Origin: Neosynechococcus sphagnicola sy1
Lineage (GTDB): Bacteria > Cyanobacteriota > Cyanobacteriia > Neosynechococcales > Neosynechococcaceae
Direction of reading: 5' to 3'
Assembly (NCBI RefSeq): GCF_000775285.1
Contig: NZ_JJML01000026.1
Span: forward strand, 56,151 to 120,150
DNA length: 64,000 nucleotides
The notes under the pieces were generated by a model. That model did no database searches. It was not told where the DNA came from and saw only the letters and a program-made list of their open reading frames with translations. Numbering within the stretch: position 1 is the stretch's first letter; each line of letters opens with the position of its first letter. The position numbers were made by a program, and so were the translations under genes. Shown here piece by piece: positions 63,101 to 64,000 of this stretch.

Positions 63101-64000
63101 ACCTTCCCCTCGCAACAAAAACATGACTAGATCGAACAAGCCAACGGTTGAGATCAACCTCAGTGACCCACAGTACTACTACAACCGCGAAGTCAGCTGG
63201 CTGGAATTTAACAATCGGGTTCTCAGTGAAGCCTTTGACCCCCGCACCCCTTTACTGGAACGCCTGAAGTTTCTCGCCATCTTCAGCTCTAATTTAGACG
63301 AGTACTTCATGGTCAGGGTTTCAGCCATTAAAGAACAGATTGAGGCAGGGGTGACCCAACTCACTCCCGATGGTTTAACCCCTTCAGAACAACTTGCAAC
63401 CATCTATCAACGGCTGCGTCCTACGGTGATCAAGCAGCATCAACACTTTGAGCAGGAACTCCGACCCTTACTTGCTGCCCAGGGCATTCATCTCTTAGAC
63501 TACATTGATCTCAGCCAGGAACAACGCACCTACCTTCAGAATTATTTTGAACAACAAATTTTCCCGGTGCTGACCCCTCTGGCCGTTGATCCAGGTCATC
63601 CTTTTCCCTTCATTTCAAACCTCAGTCTCAATTTGGCAGTCGTGGTCAAAGATGGGGAAACGGGAGCCGAACTGTTTGCCCGGGTCAAAGTTCCCAACTC
63701 CCTGCCGCGAGTTTTTATCGTTGCCAGAGGAGTTGCGCCTCACCCATGAAAATCAGCCAGTGGCTTGGACTGGGGTGCCCCTGGAACAGGTGATCGCCCA
63801 CAACCTGGAGTTTTTGTTCCCAGGGATGAATATTCAGGAGTACCACCCCTTCCGGATTACGCGGGATGCCGATGTGGAACTGCAAGAAGATGAGGCAGAT
63901 GATCTGTTGCAGGCGATTGAAGAAGTGCTCCGCCAGCGACGCTTTGGCGGCTCTGTGGTGCGCTTAGAAATTCAAGCTTCCATGCCAGAAACCGTTCGCA
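63081..64000 (+). CDS. ppk: polyphosphate kinase 1, 3'-partial; 1-nt insertion in a T5 run (63712-63716)
   Basis: ..YYNREVSWLEFNNRVLSEA...LDEYFMVRVS.. The +1 frame then continues as LPRVLSLPEELRLTHENQPVAWTGVPLEQVIAHNLEFLFPGMN... to the window end. Confidence 0.9.

Noticed and set aside
1-64000. CRISPR arrays, rRNA and tRNA genes
   Set aside because: I scanned both strands for regularly spaced direct repeats, for tRNA T-arm/acceptor signatures (GGTTCGAATCC-like), and for rRNA-conserved blocks, and found none. Intergenic regions are short, apart from the 25.2-26.5 kb and 60.7-61.5 kb AT-rich stretches, which have no array-like periodicity.

Overview
This 64-kb window is a cyanobacterial chromosomal segment. 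The HIP1 octamer GCGATCGC recurs throughout, GC content is moderate to high, and gene content is typical of (probably filamentous) cyanobacteria. Most genes are housekeeping. They include pdhA (5'-partial), valS with an appended CAAD membrane-anchor insertion, a PiT phosphate transporter, queF, hisF, tsf, rpsB, a giant TPR protein, lepB, a response regulator plus hybrid histidine kinase, glgA, a GH57 hydrolase, purC, the outer-membrane/lipid A cluster bamA-lpxC-fabZ-lpxA-lpxB, an AI-2E transporter, a GAF-PP2C phosphatase, an ABC-2 exporter pair, queC and ppk1 (3'-partial).

Four things stand out.
(i) At least 14 genes are split by single-nucleotide frameshifts, and every one I could localise sits exactly in a homopolymer run of five or more bases. 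I interpret this as systematic sequencing or assembly error, so I annotate those genes as single CDSs and describe the frameshifts in the evidence.
(ii) The left end holds a compact candidate signalling neighbourhood: an orphan PhnD-type periplasmic binding lipoprotein, a truncated sensor with a DUF3365 c-type haem-binding CxxCH motif plus a HAMP domain and no output domain, and a Ser/Thr kinase. The kinase C-terminus carries three copies of a ~55-aa module of the form LxxLLxxxIGPIAPLLxxQ. A small neighbouring protein carries a single copy of the same module.
(iii) There is a tandem pair of B12-binding radical SAM (DUF4070) paralogues. Each is preceded by a ~240-bp leader whose conserved blocks are better preserved than the coding sequence itself.
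(iv) An AT-rich island at about 21.4-26.5 kb holds ORFans, a stand-alone RelA/SpoT-type HD hydrolase, a MITE-like inverted repeat, and an HTH plus AAA-like (STAND-type) ATPase.

I found no rRNA, tRNA or CRISPR arrays.
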